Assembly: GCF_016432865.1 (NCBI RefSeq)
Contig: NC_067399.1
Location: forward strand, 407,898,001 to 407,962,000
Length of the DNA stretch: 64,000 bases
Direction of reading: 5' to 3'
From: Antechinus flavipes
Taxonomy: Eukaryota
Shown: positions 12,320-25,364 of the stretch, in pieces
How the letters are laid out: each line of letters begins with the position of its first letter
How positions within the stretch are numbered: position 1 is the first letter of the stretch
Notes under the pieces: generated by a model
What the model was told of the DNA's origin: nothing
Database searches by the model: none
What the model saw: only the letters and a program-made list of their open reading frames with translations
Made by a program: the position numbers and the translations under genes

Positions 12320-12635
12320 GAGGCAGCAAAATAGTCCAGATGATAATAGTGGATAGAATATTGGACCTAAATCAGGTAGTTGACACTAGCCTTCAGAACT
12401 TTCTAGCTATGTGATGTATAGATTCTTCAATTTCTTTATCTGATAAAATAGACCTGATCCTCATAATAATCTGTGAAGTTTGATCTTCATAACAATTTGT
12501 ATTTTGTAGAGTTTCTGTGGCATCAAATGAAATAATAATATCAATTATTATTTACATATTAATAATATCAATAAAATAAATAATACAAAATACTTGTTTA
12601 ATCTTAAAGTGCTATTAAATACTGTAGTTATTATT
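12320..12635 (+). mobile_element. MIR (degenerate)
   Basis: atagtggatagaatattggacc head, tagctatgtga core, cttaaagtgctattaaatactgtagttattatt tail. Confidence 0.6.
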
Positions 12636-12655
12636 TCTGCAAAAATATTAAACTT

Positions 12656-12800
12656 GGGGCAAGTAGGTGGCCCAGTGGTTAGAGCACAGTCCTGAAGTCA
12701 GGAGGACCTAAAAATCTGACTTCAGACACTTAACACTTCCTACCTGTGTGATCCTGGGCAAGTCACTTAACCCCAATTGCCTCAGCAAAAAAAACCAAAA
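12656..12800 (+). mobile_element. WSINE1-type SINE
   Basis: ggggcaagtaggtggcccagtggttagagc...gacacttaacacttcctacctgtgtgatcctgggcaagtcacttaaccccaattgcctcagc plus A-tail. Confidence 0.92.
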
Positions 12801-13404
12801 AATAAAAATTCAAAAACAATTCAAGCATAGTGAGCTAGAATAACATTCACCTAAAAAGGCATTCTTTACAAAATTCCACCAATAGAGTAATGACAAGGCA
12901 GTGATTCTATATAGAATTGAATATGGCTTTTAAATCAAAGAGAAACTTTAGGAAAACATGATATTAATTATATTTTTGTACAAGGATGATATCAAATTAT
13001 GCAGCTCTATTAAAAGTCACATCAAAAAATTATGTGAACTTATAAAAAGCCATTCTTTTGCTACACCAAAAAGTCAACTGAGGTACATAAAGCTTTCAAA
13101 GTGCACCATGGAAGACAGACTAAAAGCTTTGAACTGGAATTCAGAACCAAAGGATGAAAATGATCTTTTTATTCAGCTGCTCTCTGGTTGATGGACACAT
13201 GTTTAGTAGGCACTTCTTTGACACCAGAAAAAAAGAGAGGCTGTAAATATTTTTGTACATATTTTGTAAATATTTTTGTAGGAGTGCTTTTCTTCTATTT
13301 TTTGATCTCTTTTGGGCATAACCCTACAAATGGTTCAAAGGGTAGTGCTATCATTTTAAAAGGAAGAGAAAACACAAATACTCTTTTAGAATCTTAATAT
13401 ATTT

Positions 13405-14510
13405 AGAGTGTATTGACAGAATTAAATGAGAAAAACAAATGACCTGAGAGGGAATTGGTTTTGCTTTGATGATATGAAGAGGGAAAAAGAAGGAAGGATA
13501 AAAGGAGGAAGAAGAGAGTTAGAATTTGTTATTTCTCATAACCAAGATAGTAAGAAGAATATACAAACAAGAAGAAAGAGGTGGGAAGACTGGGCATCAG
13601 ATGAACTTCACTCTTAAGTGAAATGGATTAGAGAGACTTGAATATACACAGTTTAGTGTAAAAAAAAAAACGAACCACAGTTCAATAGAGAAACAAACCA
13701 GAATAATAAAAGAGGAGTTGATAAAGGAGAAGGTAATAGTTGGAGCAAAACAAACTTCCAGATCATAGAGGAAGTATTCAAAGAAGAGAGGGGAGGAAGA
13801 AGAGAAAAGAATTGAAATTTAATGGGTACCTAAGATAGCCTTTTAGACAATTGGGGAACAAATTATGGCATATAAATATAATGGAATATTATTGCTCTGT
13901 AAGAAATGATTAAAAAAAAAAAAGATGAATTCCAGAGAACTGAGTAGTTTCAACTGATTCAAAGTGAAGTGAACAGAACAAAAAGAACTGGTTAGACTTT
14001 AGAACTCTGGTCAGTGCAATGACTAATCTTCTCTCCAGAGGATATCTGATAAATCCCACTTTATAATAGACACAAAATGCAGAACCACAAATTTTTGATA
14101 ATAAGTAGAATGTGAATATGTTCACCCATGCTTATTTGTTACAAGATTTCCCCTCCCCCCACCTTTTTTTTTACTCATAGTGGGTGGGTCAGCAGGTAAT
14201 TTCTCAATAGTGATGTTCAAAACAAAACAAACCCAGGGCCATTGAAACATTTTTAAAAATGTGTTTTATGTATTTTTAAGAGCATGAAAGAGAACAGAAA
14301 GAAGATAAGAAAACAGAGACAAATGGGAAATTTGAAAATAATGTCTAGAAATTTTAATATACTTTGAAAAAAAGCAGCATGAAATGAAAATTCATTGTTA
14401 TATATAGTATCCTCTTTTTGCATTCTATATGTATAGAAATGGAATTTGTGAGTGTGTGTTTAAATTGAGAACAAAAAAATTAAAGAACATTAAAATTAAA
14501 AACAATAGCA
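13405..14510 (+). mobile_element. 5'-truncated HAL1-like L1-derived element, copy 2
   Basis: Spacer homologous to 2870-3300 (gggcatcagatgaacttcactctta; gagcaaaacaaacttcc), joined directly to the ORF2 3'-end motif (aatggaatattattgctctgtaagaaatga) and an L1-like 3' UTR. Confidence 0.7.
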
Positions 14511-15156
14511 GGAGAATGAATTACCCTTGAAATATTTCCATCAGCATTCCATCAGAAAAGATGAGAATCAGATAAGAGTGGTGACAATAATGCTACTGAT
14601 GATAGTGATGATGATAACCCTATGGAACCAATATAGGCATTAAAACACTTGGAGAACTCAATCAATACTATACTGGAAATGGACTCTTATCACAGACTGA
14701 ACTGTTGCTCATAATAATCCAAACAAAATATAGGTCCATAAAAACTTAAGAACAATGTTTCTGTCCTTCCATAGACCATTCAACAATGGCCATTTTTCTT
14801 TTTTGTCATGTTTGCTAGTTTCATGGATGTAGAACTCCTTGAATGATTCAACCTTTTTCTAGAAACAAAAGGAAAAGTCTGTGAATAGAATTTTGTTATT
14901 CTAACATTATTGTCATATTACCACAAGTCATGAACATTATAGTCTCCAAAGAATATAAATAAGTATAACTCTGAGGGCAACGGAGAGGCAAATGGTGGAT
15001 ATAAGTAAGTCATAACACATAGCAAATATAAACCTACAAAGATTGAAGTAAATAATGCTGTCAATGCCTGGCAGACTGCTTGAGCTTAGCAGTTTTAGCA
15101 GTAGAGCTAACACCAATTAAATGTCCATAGTAAATTGCATAGCAATTTGGTGAACC

Positions 15157-15188
<32 letters not shown>

Positions 15189-17445
15189 ACCATAGTATTT
15201 TCTACAGAGGGGCAAAGTAACCCAGGTAGGAAAGGAATAAATCAAAGCTCCCCTGTTAATCAGCAATAGGATTTAGCCCATGGGTGGCTTTTGCACTTAA
15301 ATCCTGGATGAGACATAAAGATCCAGTTTGCACTTTTAAAAAATGTTCCCAGAGAAATATATGTATAATCATAAACAAAAATGATCTGACCCCCCCCAGT
15401 AAGAGTGAGAGATAATTGCAGGATAGTCTTATACTTCATTATGATCTTCACAATGTCAGGAGAAATTGAGGCATGCCCCCCAGCATGTTGGTAGTAAACT
15501 TTATTGATCATTTACATATAGGAGAGCATGGGATGAGCAGGCATAAATCAATTATGATCTGCATCATTTCAGGGAATAGCCACATTAGTGAGTCTACACA
15601 GACCTATTTGAGTATCCTATTCTTTTCTTTTCTTTTTTTTCTTCTTTTTTTGAGTATTATTTTCATATCATGAATTATACTGTTAAGGATGAATTTCTTC
15701 CTGCTTGCTTCAGTTGGTGCCACTTGCCCTAAGTAGCAAGAGTCTGGTTGCCCAAATTGTTATGATTTTGCCTTACGATTTTTGTAGAGTCTAGAAGATA
15801 GTAGATACTGAATAAAATCGCAAAATCTTACAACTTGAAAAGGATCTTTTGAAAAAATAGGCCTTCATTAATCATGTCATTTGATTGATAAAGAAACTGA
15901 AGGGAAGTGGTTTATTCAATCACATAGGGTCTTTTGAGTTTATTAAGCCCACAGGAACAAATTATAGCCTGTATGAGACAAGGAAAAAGATCATGACATT
16001 TCAGGGGAGAGTATTAAGACTCTTGATGGAAGAGGTTCAAGACATCACTCTTGTTCTTGAACAGGTTCAAGTTTCAGTAACACTTCTTTATTTTTGTCAA
16101 ATACAAGTGCATGATATCCTTAGTTCCAGAAACTTAAGGAGAGAATAAAGTGAGCCTTATTCTTCACCTTAGTACATAACCTAAAACTAGTCTCTGCTAA
16201 AATGGTGAAGTAGGAGAAATTTGTCCTTTGTCTCCAATTCCTTAAAGGGATCCCTCTTTCCACTCTAGTATCTCAAGTTGCCCTTCCCTCTCTTTCCAGG
16301 CATCTATCCAGTCCTTTCATTTTAGCATGCCTCCTTAGAGTTCAGATAACAGTCAACTAATCCCCACTAAGGTATCAGTTGATAATGGGTCTAAAGAAAT
16401 GCTCTTCCCAGTTATATTTGCATTTAAATAGGGGACTCTAAAGAAAAGAAAAGTCCTCTAGATACAAAGGAATGTTAGCATTTCTGGTATTCTGGTTAGG
16501 AAAGGAGGAAGATAATTTTAGGAAAAATAGAGCTTATAATTATATAAATAAATCCAGGCTAGCATTTGTTCCCCTTCCTTCCTTATTTTTAAGGCTCATT
16601 TAGGTGAAACTATCATCTCATTCATATTTCTAGTCTTAAAAACAAACAAACAAAAAACAATTAACCCCCTTCCCCCCCCAAAAAAAAAACAACCCATTTT
16701 GGAAACAGAGGAAGTCATTTAAACCTTGTGATATCTGGTAGATGATGATAACAATGATGTGTATGTGTGTGTGTGTGTGTGATCCTGAGGGTCTTTTCAG
16801 ACCAACTTGATGCAACTTGAAAAGCCTTCATTTTGTGAAATTTGATTGTCATGAACAAGTCCATTATTACTTGACTATTGAGAGTCCTAGGGGACTTCAG
16901 CTAGGACAAGTCTTTTGGTTTATCATGTGGAAGAGTCTAACTTTTAACTATTTTAAGTGGGAGTCATCCCTTTGTACTGTCAATAAAAAAAAGGCATCTT
17001 TCTTGCCTTGTCAGCCATCTTTCTTTTAAACATGTGTAGGCGAGTGCCTACACTCACTCAGAAGAGATAACTCCAGCTTTTTCCTTAACAGATATTGCTA
17101 CAACAAAATGGGCTTAGACTTTGGTCCAGATTGACTTAATCTTTCCCTTCACTCTCTGGTTTGTGGAAGTTATCACATATAAAGCAATAATAGCACTCTG
17201 AATGCTCTAGGATTCCAATTTTTTTTCCCCCAGGGAATACCTTCCAGTTTAAAGTCCTTTTCCCTGAGTACCTTATCTATTTGTACCCTCTTAGCTTCAT
17301 CTAACCTTAAGGCCCAATATAAATCAGTACAACAATGAATTTGCCTGCTCAGTCTTAAATTAGAACAAGTAGCAGAGCAGAAAGCAGACTCTTAAGTGAG
17401 TAAGAATTGGTAAAGATTCATCTCTCCATAGGATAAGAATTGCTA

Positions 17446-18250
17446 TTGTTGTTTTTGTTTGTCCTTTATTTTCAAAGAAGAGCATGGCATCAGGAAAGTG
17501 TTGCCATGATTTACAAATGAATTGGATTTAAGGGAAGTTTTGCTAAGTCAACAGCCTCACTTTCTCCTACTGCCATCTGGGCCCAGTGGTCAGATATAAA
17601 TCAGGTTGACTAAAGGTGGCCCTACATGCAATGGGGGACCTTGGCCTTTTTTAGATAAGATCTTTTGCAGGTCTTAGTTTGAGTGAAGCAACATCCATTC
17701 AGTGATTAAGGCTAGGTAAGAATGAAATGAGGCAAAGAATGGCCTCTTTTACTGAGGGGAAAAAAAAATCAATCCAGGAGAGGAAGACGCTCAGGATTTC
17801 CGGCCAAAACCAGAAACAGTTTCTATTTACATTCATTCTGAGACATCTAGACCCAAACAGTGAACAGATGGAACCTGATTTTTTGACCAATCAATTGTTG
17901 ATCAATCAATGAGAGCCAAATTGATTTGGGCTTATGGCACGGTCTATAAGAAAAAAATCTAGCTTATAAACCCTAAGGTATCTTGCAAAGCTTCAGTGAT
18001 CAAAATTTATATTCCTTTGGACAGAGTGTCTACAAGTAAGAGTATGATTCCTTATGGGGATAGAGAGAGAAGAAGAAAGAAAAGGAAAGGGAAAAGAAAA
18101 GGGAAAGGAGAGAGGAAGCTACATCGCTCAACTGAAAGTGACTGGTTGGGTCGTCAGGGGGCAGCTTATCCTACTTAGAGGCAGAAGATGTACTAGAGGT
18201 TCAGCAGCTTCCATCTCCTACAGCACTAGGCAAAAATTTCTGACTTTCAC
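17446..18250 (-). mobile_element. RTE-related SINE (WALLSI/RTESINE-type), long copy
   Basis: ttgttgtttttgtttgtcctttattttcaaagaagagcatggcatcagg RTE tail; gccatctgggcccagtgg; gtgattaaggctaggtaag; caatcaatgagagcc. The distal boundary is uncertain. Confidence 0.75.
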
Positions 18251-18611
18251 TTAGTCATGGCCACAGCGTCTTTATATTGGGTCAGTGTCCTCCCTTCATT
18301 CTTGATAGTACTGAAGCTGAAACTACTTGGTCACAGAGACTATGACTGGACTGGGTTTTAACCTCCCTCCTCATACTCTATTTTATCTTTGTATTAGCAC
18401 TGAACTTTTCCCCTAGTGTTACCCAAGCTCCTGATATTTTTTCGCAGTTTCTTATTCACTTTTTGAGTAATTTCTGTAGTTGCCCTCCTATGACAGAGTT
18501 TCATTTCATCTTTCTCCTGTCTCAGGGGCTTAAGTGGATGGATGTTTAGAGATTTGCCAACGGACACAAATATTCAATGTTCTGCTACAAATGTATTGTT
18601 GAGAGTTGAGT

Positions 18612-19160
18612 AGTGAATGGACACCAAAGGTGAATGAGTAGCCCTGAAAAGGGCTTGCCAGGGTAAGCTCTCATACCAGAGGTATATAGGGACGACCAGT
18701 GCCTGTAGTGTGAGGCCCGCTGAGCCTTTTTCAGGGCTACCCATATACTTTTGGTAGTTCATCAGCCACCCAACTCTCATCTGTGGCTCCAAGAAACTGT
18801 AGCACATGTAGTGGCCATACCTCAATAAAACCATCTCAGTAGGTGAGCTAAACCAAGCTGAAGGTAATCAATAGGGCTCAAACCTGTTAGTGAGTTAAAG
18901 GGATGTCTATGTCATATATGTGATGAAAATCTGATGTAATGGGTGAATGAGAACAATTTGTTCCCATAGCCATGAAGATGGCTAAAGCAGGCACTGTAGA
19001 GTACTTATTTAGAACTTAGATACCAAGGTCATCCACTGCATCCCATCATCCTGACTCTTGTCTTACCACTGAACTTTGATAACTCGGGAAGAGAGAGTGC
19101 AAAAGTGCAAGTCAAGATATCACTTTGTGATGTCATTGGTCCTCTTTGAAATGAAGGATG
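18612..19160 (+). mobile_element. RTE-related SINE (WALLSI-type), near full length
   Basis: cccaactctcatctgtggctccaagaaactgtagc...ccaaggtcatccactgcatccc...gatgtcattggtcctctttgaaatgaagga RTE 3' tail. Confidence 0.75.
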
Positions 19161-20216
19161 AATAACCTGTGCAGTATTACTGTGAGTGATTTTGTCTGAT
19201 TGGTAAATCTTCAATCCATATTTGGGAAAATCTAGACATAGTTATATCAGCCCACCAGCGATTGTTTTGAGATGTCTGATCTTTCTGTATCTTTCTCCAA
19301 AGAAAAAGAAAAAGGACTGGGTTTCAAGGAAGATTTCCTTTTGTAGGCATAGAACTTTGTGATTAACAACAATCTCAGACAATCAAATCATCCCTAATCA
19401 TCAATAGTCACCTTCAATTCGGTGCCAAGAGAAATGTTCTAGTGTATGTCCCCCAGTCTTCCCAGTGGTAATGCCTGTACAGTTCATCAAGAAATGCAAC
19501 CGAAATCCCAAAGGCTTAATGCCTCTGTAACCAGTAGGTATCACTGCAAAGATTTGAGTTGGCTGACCAGCATTTATGTCTTTTTACTCACTCTTCTTTC
19601 TGATAAAGGATGGGTAAATTAAATCCTCTCAAGACTCACTCATTTCTTCCTATAGGATCAATTCAAAGTGTGATCTTCAATTTATTCATTAATCTTTCTC
19701 TTGCAGGCTACAGATTTAATCAGCCACATCCTGTTACAACAATTAGCTCACTTTTATCCTAGGGGCAATACAATAGCTTTCAGATCACTTTCTCTGCTAT
19801 TTTATGATGTTTGCATCAATTGAAAAGTTATTAATAAAACCATCATAGCCTAGAGTCTTCAGTTAGGAAAATACCTAAAATTAAGACAAAAGTCTAACTT
19901 TCAGCCTTAATTTAAGCTTTATATATTTCCAGCTAACCCCTAGCTTTCACCATTCCCCCTTTCTAGGCATATTAAGTATACAGACATGAAATACAAGCCT
20001 TTATGACTGATCATGGGTTTTTAAATGAAACAAAATTATAATAAAGGAAAGAGATTAAATAAGTGTTTGTTATTAAACAGGCTCAAGGATGGAAAGATGA
20101 GGAAAGTGTATACTTTTCAAAATTTCCATAGCCCTTATAGATGTGATTACAGCTCACACGTTCAGAAAGAGCTCTTTGTTCTAAGATGACTACGAAGATC
20201 TGATAATTCAAAGCAT

Positions 20217-20424
20217 AAAGGGTGTTGGTAAATGTTTAACAATTACCTCTTGACACATTTTTAATTCAATTTACCTTATTAACATTTTCTCCAACAGTTT
20301 GTTAAGTCTGGAAATCAATAAAACAATACATTAAGCCCTGATTTGTAGTGTTTGCTGATTTCAGAGGTATAAATGCTCAAACTGATAATTTAGCAGCTAT
20401 ATGAGCTGACTCCAGTAACCCCCT
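20217..20424. mobile_element. MITE, copy 2 of 3
   Basis: agggtgttggtaaatgtttaac...aagccctgatttgtagtgtttgctgatttcagaggtataaatgctc...ccagtaacccct; imperfect terminal inverted ends. Confidence 0.72.
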
Positions 20425-20899
20425 CTACCCCCAAAGTCCACTGTGATTTCTCCTCTCTCTTTTATGGCACGCCTCTTCTTTGGTTGCCATTTCTTTCTCA
20501 AATTCCACTCGCTCATTAAATTCCAATAAGGGAGGGAAAGCTGTAGATATACCTACTCCAATGCCACCATTAGTGAGTTCATGCGGTCCCGGCATCTTCC
20601 TCTACTCTGTTCTCTCACAGAATGTGTATATGTGTTTATCTTTTTCAAAACTCTCAGATGTGACTGAAATCCTTGCAGCTCAAAGCCTGAGATACTCCAA
20701 ATCTCTTTTCAGGAATGAGAAGGAATATGTGTTCCTTTGAACTATAAATCTAAGAACATCAGTCAATTCTCATAAACTCACCATCAAAGAGTGCTATTAC
20801 TTTTGTTATTGTTGTTGTTGTTGTTGTTATTCTTTTTAGAGCTTTCGCCTGACATCATAGATCTTTAAAATATTATTAGAATCAAAATTCCTGGATGTC

Positions 20900-21035
20900 A
20901 CTTTCAGATTTGACACTTAGTAGTTTGGGACTCATGTTATTTGCTGATTCCTTATCTCTAAAATGGGGGTAATAATTAATATTCTATTTCCCTCACATCA
21001 TTAGAAGAGAAGTGCTTTTTGAGTCTTAAAGTACT
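20900..21035 (+). mobile_element. MIR fragment
   Basis: ttccttatctctaaaatgggggtaataatt...gtgctttttgagtcttaaagtact. Confidence 0.55.
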
Positions 21036-21982
21036 GTTTATGTGACATGTCATTTGGCAGATGAAATGGCAAATAACGGAAAGAAAGGATGAGTCCAAGG
21101 TTGGAATATCTTCACTGTGTCCACTTCTAAGCAGCTGGTCTTCCCTTGGTGATTCCATCATCTCCAGATCAGTTGTGTTCCTGCTGAATACCTTAGCAAC
21201 TCTCAACAAACAGCAGCCACTGAGGAAGCTAATTTCATAGGGTAGACTTGTTCTGCCTGGCTCAGGCAGTGATAAAATCATACAGCTTATTCTACAGGGA
21301 AGCTGGATTTTCATCTTTTCAAGAAAGGAAAAGTGATTAAATTCTTTACACTTATAAGCTCTCTGCTTTTAAAATGAGACCTGACACTAAGCAGGTTAGA
21401 GGGAGGGTGCTTTAGTCAATTTTCTTTAATGGAACTTGATGGGGATCCTCTCACCTGAATTTTTACAGTCCTAATCTGCTTTAAAGAGCAGGTCTGGCTT
21501 AGAGCCATCATATAAAAGAACTAAACTGCTCATTTAAGGGGAAAAACCCAGATAAAATGGATGGATCTAAGCCCCAACATGAAAAACAAGAAAGACCCAT
21601 TCAGCACAAGTCCATAAAATAAATAAGATGATGAATGGAGCTGAAAATCAGTGCAATCTCATTTGTAAGTAAAATAGGCAGCTACCTATGCAAACATGAA
21701 TGAGTCTTCCCTGTTTTGGAAACAGTCCACAGTTCTGCCTCAGTGGAGGAAATTCCTTAGATTAGATTCACCCTTTTGGATTAAGCCAAGCCTCTCTAAT
21801 AAGATTTCAATCAAATGAAGTTTTAGCCCTGATTGTTCTCTAAACCTGCCTATGGTTTTTGTCATGCCTCCAGTTTTAGGTGCGATTGGTTAGGCATAAG
21901 GATCAAGACTAAATGTGTTGGTTCTGCCATCCTCTGCCACTTTCAAGGTCTCTTAAAAACCATAAAATTGATTATATAACAT

Positions 21983-22245
21983 GGGAGACACTGGCACAGG
22001 ACTTCCCAGCATAGTATGCTCTCATCAGAGAAGGTGCTGGGCTCTATGAGCAAAGGAGAATTGAATTATCTCAAAAGAAATGCAAGATGCTCAAAATTAG
22101 AGAATCCATTCCAAATATTCATAGAGTCTATTTGTGTCCAATCTGTGGCAGAGCATTCTGAGGTTGTATTGGTCTGAACAGTCATAGTGGGACGTACTGT
22201 AACTCGACCCTAACCAATGTAGGGATGTCATTTTGGTCCTCTTCA
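21983..22245 (+). mobile_element. RTE LINE 3' end (C-terminal C2H2-type finger remnant)
   Basis: gggagacactggcacaggac...; tatttgtgtccaatctgtggcagagcattc translates YLCPICGRAF; RTE tail gatgtcattttggtcctcttcaagaataaagga. Confidence 0.85.
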
Positions 22246-22257
22246 AGAATAAAGGAG

Positions 22258-22700
22258 AGCAACTGATTAGATAGTACAGTACATCTGGAGTATTGTATAA
22301 AGTTCTAGGACTCATAATTTTGGAAGCATATTGATAAACTAGAGAAAGTTCATGAAAAGTCTTGAGATAATGCCATATGAAAATGAAAGGAAGTGGGAAT
22401 GTTTAGCCAAGAGAAGAAAGGACAGGGGCAATATAATAATTAATTATTAAGGATTTGAAGGACTAGCATTTGGAAGAAGACTTTTAGTATTCTTTATATT
22501 TACCTATCAGTGAACATATAATTCTCTATCAGATAGCAATTTTAAAAATCTTTGTATTTCTAGTGCTTAGCATCATGCCTTGCATCTTGGGTGATAAATA
22601 CATATTTTATTGAATTGAACTAAATTGGCAAGTTTCTTTAATTGAGAGGAGTTTCACTTGACAATCCAGATCTGAGATTACATTTTTATCTTTATTCTCT
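22258..22700 (+). mobile_element. L3/CR1 fragment interrupted by an L2 3' end (about 22490-22625)
   Basis: catctggagtattgtataaagttctagg...gataaactagagaaagttc...gggaatgtttagccaagagaagaaagg; L2 tail tttgtatttctagtgcttagcatc...ttattgaattgaac. Confidence 0.7.
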
Positions 22701-23064
22701 TGTCTGTTGTGTAAGGATCAAAATCCTTGGGGAAATCAAAATTAGTTTTTTTTTGTTTTTGTTTTTTTTTTAACTGATTTAGGGCCTGGCAAGTAAAGAA
22801 GGGGCAAGGAGTAGTTAAGGCAGGCAACTGCCTAGATTGCAACACAAGAGCAGAATGTAATGAGGGACATGCTTTATTATTTATTTCTAAACATATATAT
22901 TTCTAATTTTCTTCTACTCTCACCAAAAGCCCACCTTAATATCTCATCATGGCATGGAGGTGACTTTAGACTTTCAAAAGCTATTTGGAGAGAATGCAAA
23001 TCACACCCAAAGCAAAACTATATTGCAATAGAGCACAGGACTTGGAGGTAATTAATGATGATAA

Positions 23065-23310
23065 TAATAATAGTAAGCATTTATATAGCACTTTAAATTT
23101 TATAGAGTACTTTACAAATATCTTATTTTATCTTCCTAATGACCCTGGATGGTAGGTATTATTATTATAATAATCATTTTATTGATAAGGAAACCAAGGC
23201 AAATAGAGTTTAAGTTCTTGCCCAAGGTCACCCCATTAATAAGTATGTGAGATTGGATTTATGCTCAGGGCTCTCATATAAAATCTAGATTTCTACACAC
23301 CATATAACCT
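23065..23310 (-). mobile_element. MIR
   Basis: agcatttatatagcactttaa...gataaggaaaccaaggc...cttgcccaaggtcac. Confidence 0.75.
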
Positions 23311-23314
23311 ATTT

Positions 23315-23535
23315 TCAAATGAATGTAGAAAGACCTGCATTCAAATATGGCCATTAAGACTTATTAGCTGTGACTACTTTAGCCTCAGTTTCCTACATTG
23401 TAAAATGGGAATAATATTAACTATGAACAGCCACTTCTGGGATAATATCCTTGGGCTCAAATAAGAGAATATATTAATGCACTTTGAGGACCAAAAAAGT
23501 GTTACATAAATTCTAGATATTATTGCTATTATTAT
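23315..23535 (+). mobile_element. MIR
   Basis: agacctgcattcaaat...ttagctgtgac...gcctcagtttcctacattgtaaaatgggaataat. Confidence 0.75.
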
Positions 23536-25364
23536 GTTAATCTTGCAATTCAGACAAGCTGGAAAGATTTCAGGTAGAAGTTTGGCAATTCATCAGTCAT
23601 AAAACATTTTTTGCTTCTTATGTGTTAAACAATGGGCTAGGTGTCAGGACTACAAAGACAAACATGAAACATTGTTTGCCCTCAAAGACCTATGAGCCTA
23701 TTAATTGTCATTCAGAATTGACCACGGGATGATGCATTTTTTTCTTCTCATCAAGAGAGGAACACCTATCCCTAAGATACAGGACTTCAATCTCCATTGG
23801 TAGAAGGGCTAAAAATGCTATTTGCCAATTAAATCATTGCTCCTGAAAGCATTAGCGTTATATCTTAAATGATTTAAAAAAATGCAGAAACAACTTTGTT
23901 TCTCCTTGTAGGCATATCACATAATTCCTTATCTTTCTTTACTTATGGAGGAAGGGTGAAAAGGAGAAAGAGGATGTGTTGTGTAGCCCAGGTTAACTGC
24001 TAATTGAAGAGAAAGAGAAGGAAATGACATACTTTTGAACTATCAAGGAATTAAGACACAAGGAAAGAAAGGAGAATTTAAGGACACAAGAGAACAGAGA
24101 AGGCAAATGATTAATCAGAGTAGTGAATGTCTTATTTCATAATTGACCTGTTTTTTATTTGATTGTACCATTCTACCAGTGATAATCACAACAAAATGTG
24201 TGTACAGTCAGTTCCATTCAGTTTTACCAATAAATAGTGTTCCATGAAGCAGTCAGAAAGAATATTGCTGACTGATGCATGTGACAGAAATTTGAGCACA
24301 ATCATGGCAAATTGGGAGCCAAGATTTGTCTGCTTCTCTGAAATTTTATCATTGACATTCCTGGGAGGTCATGATAGGAGCATTGCTAGGGACAATTTTT
24401 ATTTGCTCCTAGTGGTAGCAATAGATGGTAGAGTAGGATTGGTTTGTTTATTTGGGTTTTTTTTTTTTTTTTAATACATAAAACATCTCTTTAAAATAGC
24501 CAAAACCCACCTAAGTCTGGTAGAAGTTATACCTGTGTCATACTGTAGTTATTCAAATATATTTCTGATTTTTATTTCCTTTTGTTCATTCTATTCCTAT
24601 GGATAAAAAGTCTATACAGTTTAGAATCTGTCTATTTATTTGGATGGCTTGATGTCTTTAGTAACTAGAGCTCATGAAATATAATGACTAAGAGAAGAAG
24701 CAAGGATTCTTGGTAGAATGAGAGCTCACATCTAATCTGTTTGGGTGAATTCTCAAACTGTACCCTTTTGACTAACCATATGAATGTGGTGATCTAATGA
24801 GATCTAGAGCAGGAGAGAGGAATTTGTTTATCAGTTCTCTAAGAGCAAAAGAGAGCTTGACACTTCTCTGGATTTCTTTCTAGAGTGCATGAAGCCCAGG
24901 GGGATTTTTCAGTACTTGATCTGCATTAGGAACAGGATCAAGGCCAAGTTTCAAACTTCTGCTTAGTTCAGCTTTGCCTTCAGGTTAAAGCATTGCTTTC
25001 AGAAAATTCATGCTAAAAAGTATATATCCTGGGAGACTAACATGCTAAATCATTAACACTTATTAGCATGGCAAATTGGGATTTGTTAGATTCACTAGTG
25101 ATCTTCTAGTAAAGAGAAGGGCTCTGAGGAATGAGATGAAGATAGGGAAGGCTTAGTTTAGGTTTGGTTAGGAGAGCTATAGAGGAAAGCCAAGGGCAGC
25201 ATGAAGGCTCTAGGGATCTTTGGGAGAAAGAAGAGAAAGGAGGGGGTGGATTTTAAAAAGTAATCATAGCTGAAAAGGAATTTAGAGATTATTTAATATC
25301 TAATTATTATTTAATCATTTTATAGGTAAGGAAATTGAGGAACAAAGAAGAAATAATTTGTGAA

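Noticed and set aside
14760-15015. Acceptor (tttctgtccttccatag) and donor (taa/gtaagt) pair
   Set aside because: All three frames are closed by stops between the sites, so it is not a coding exon. A non-coding exon cannot be judged from sequence alone.
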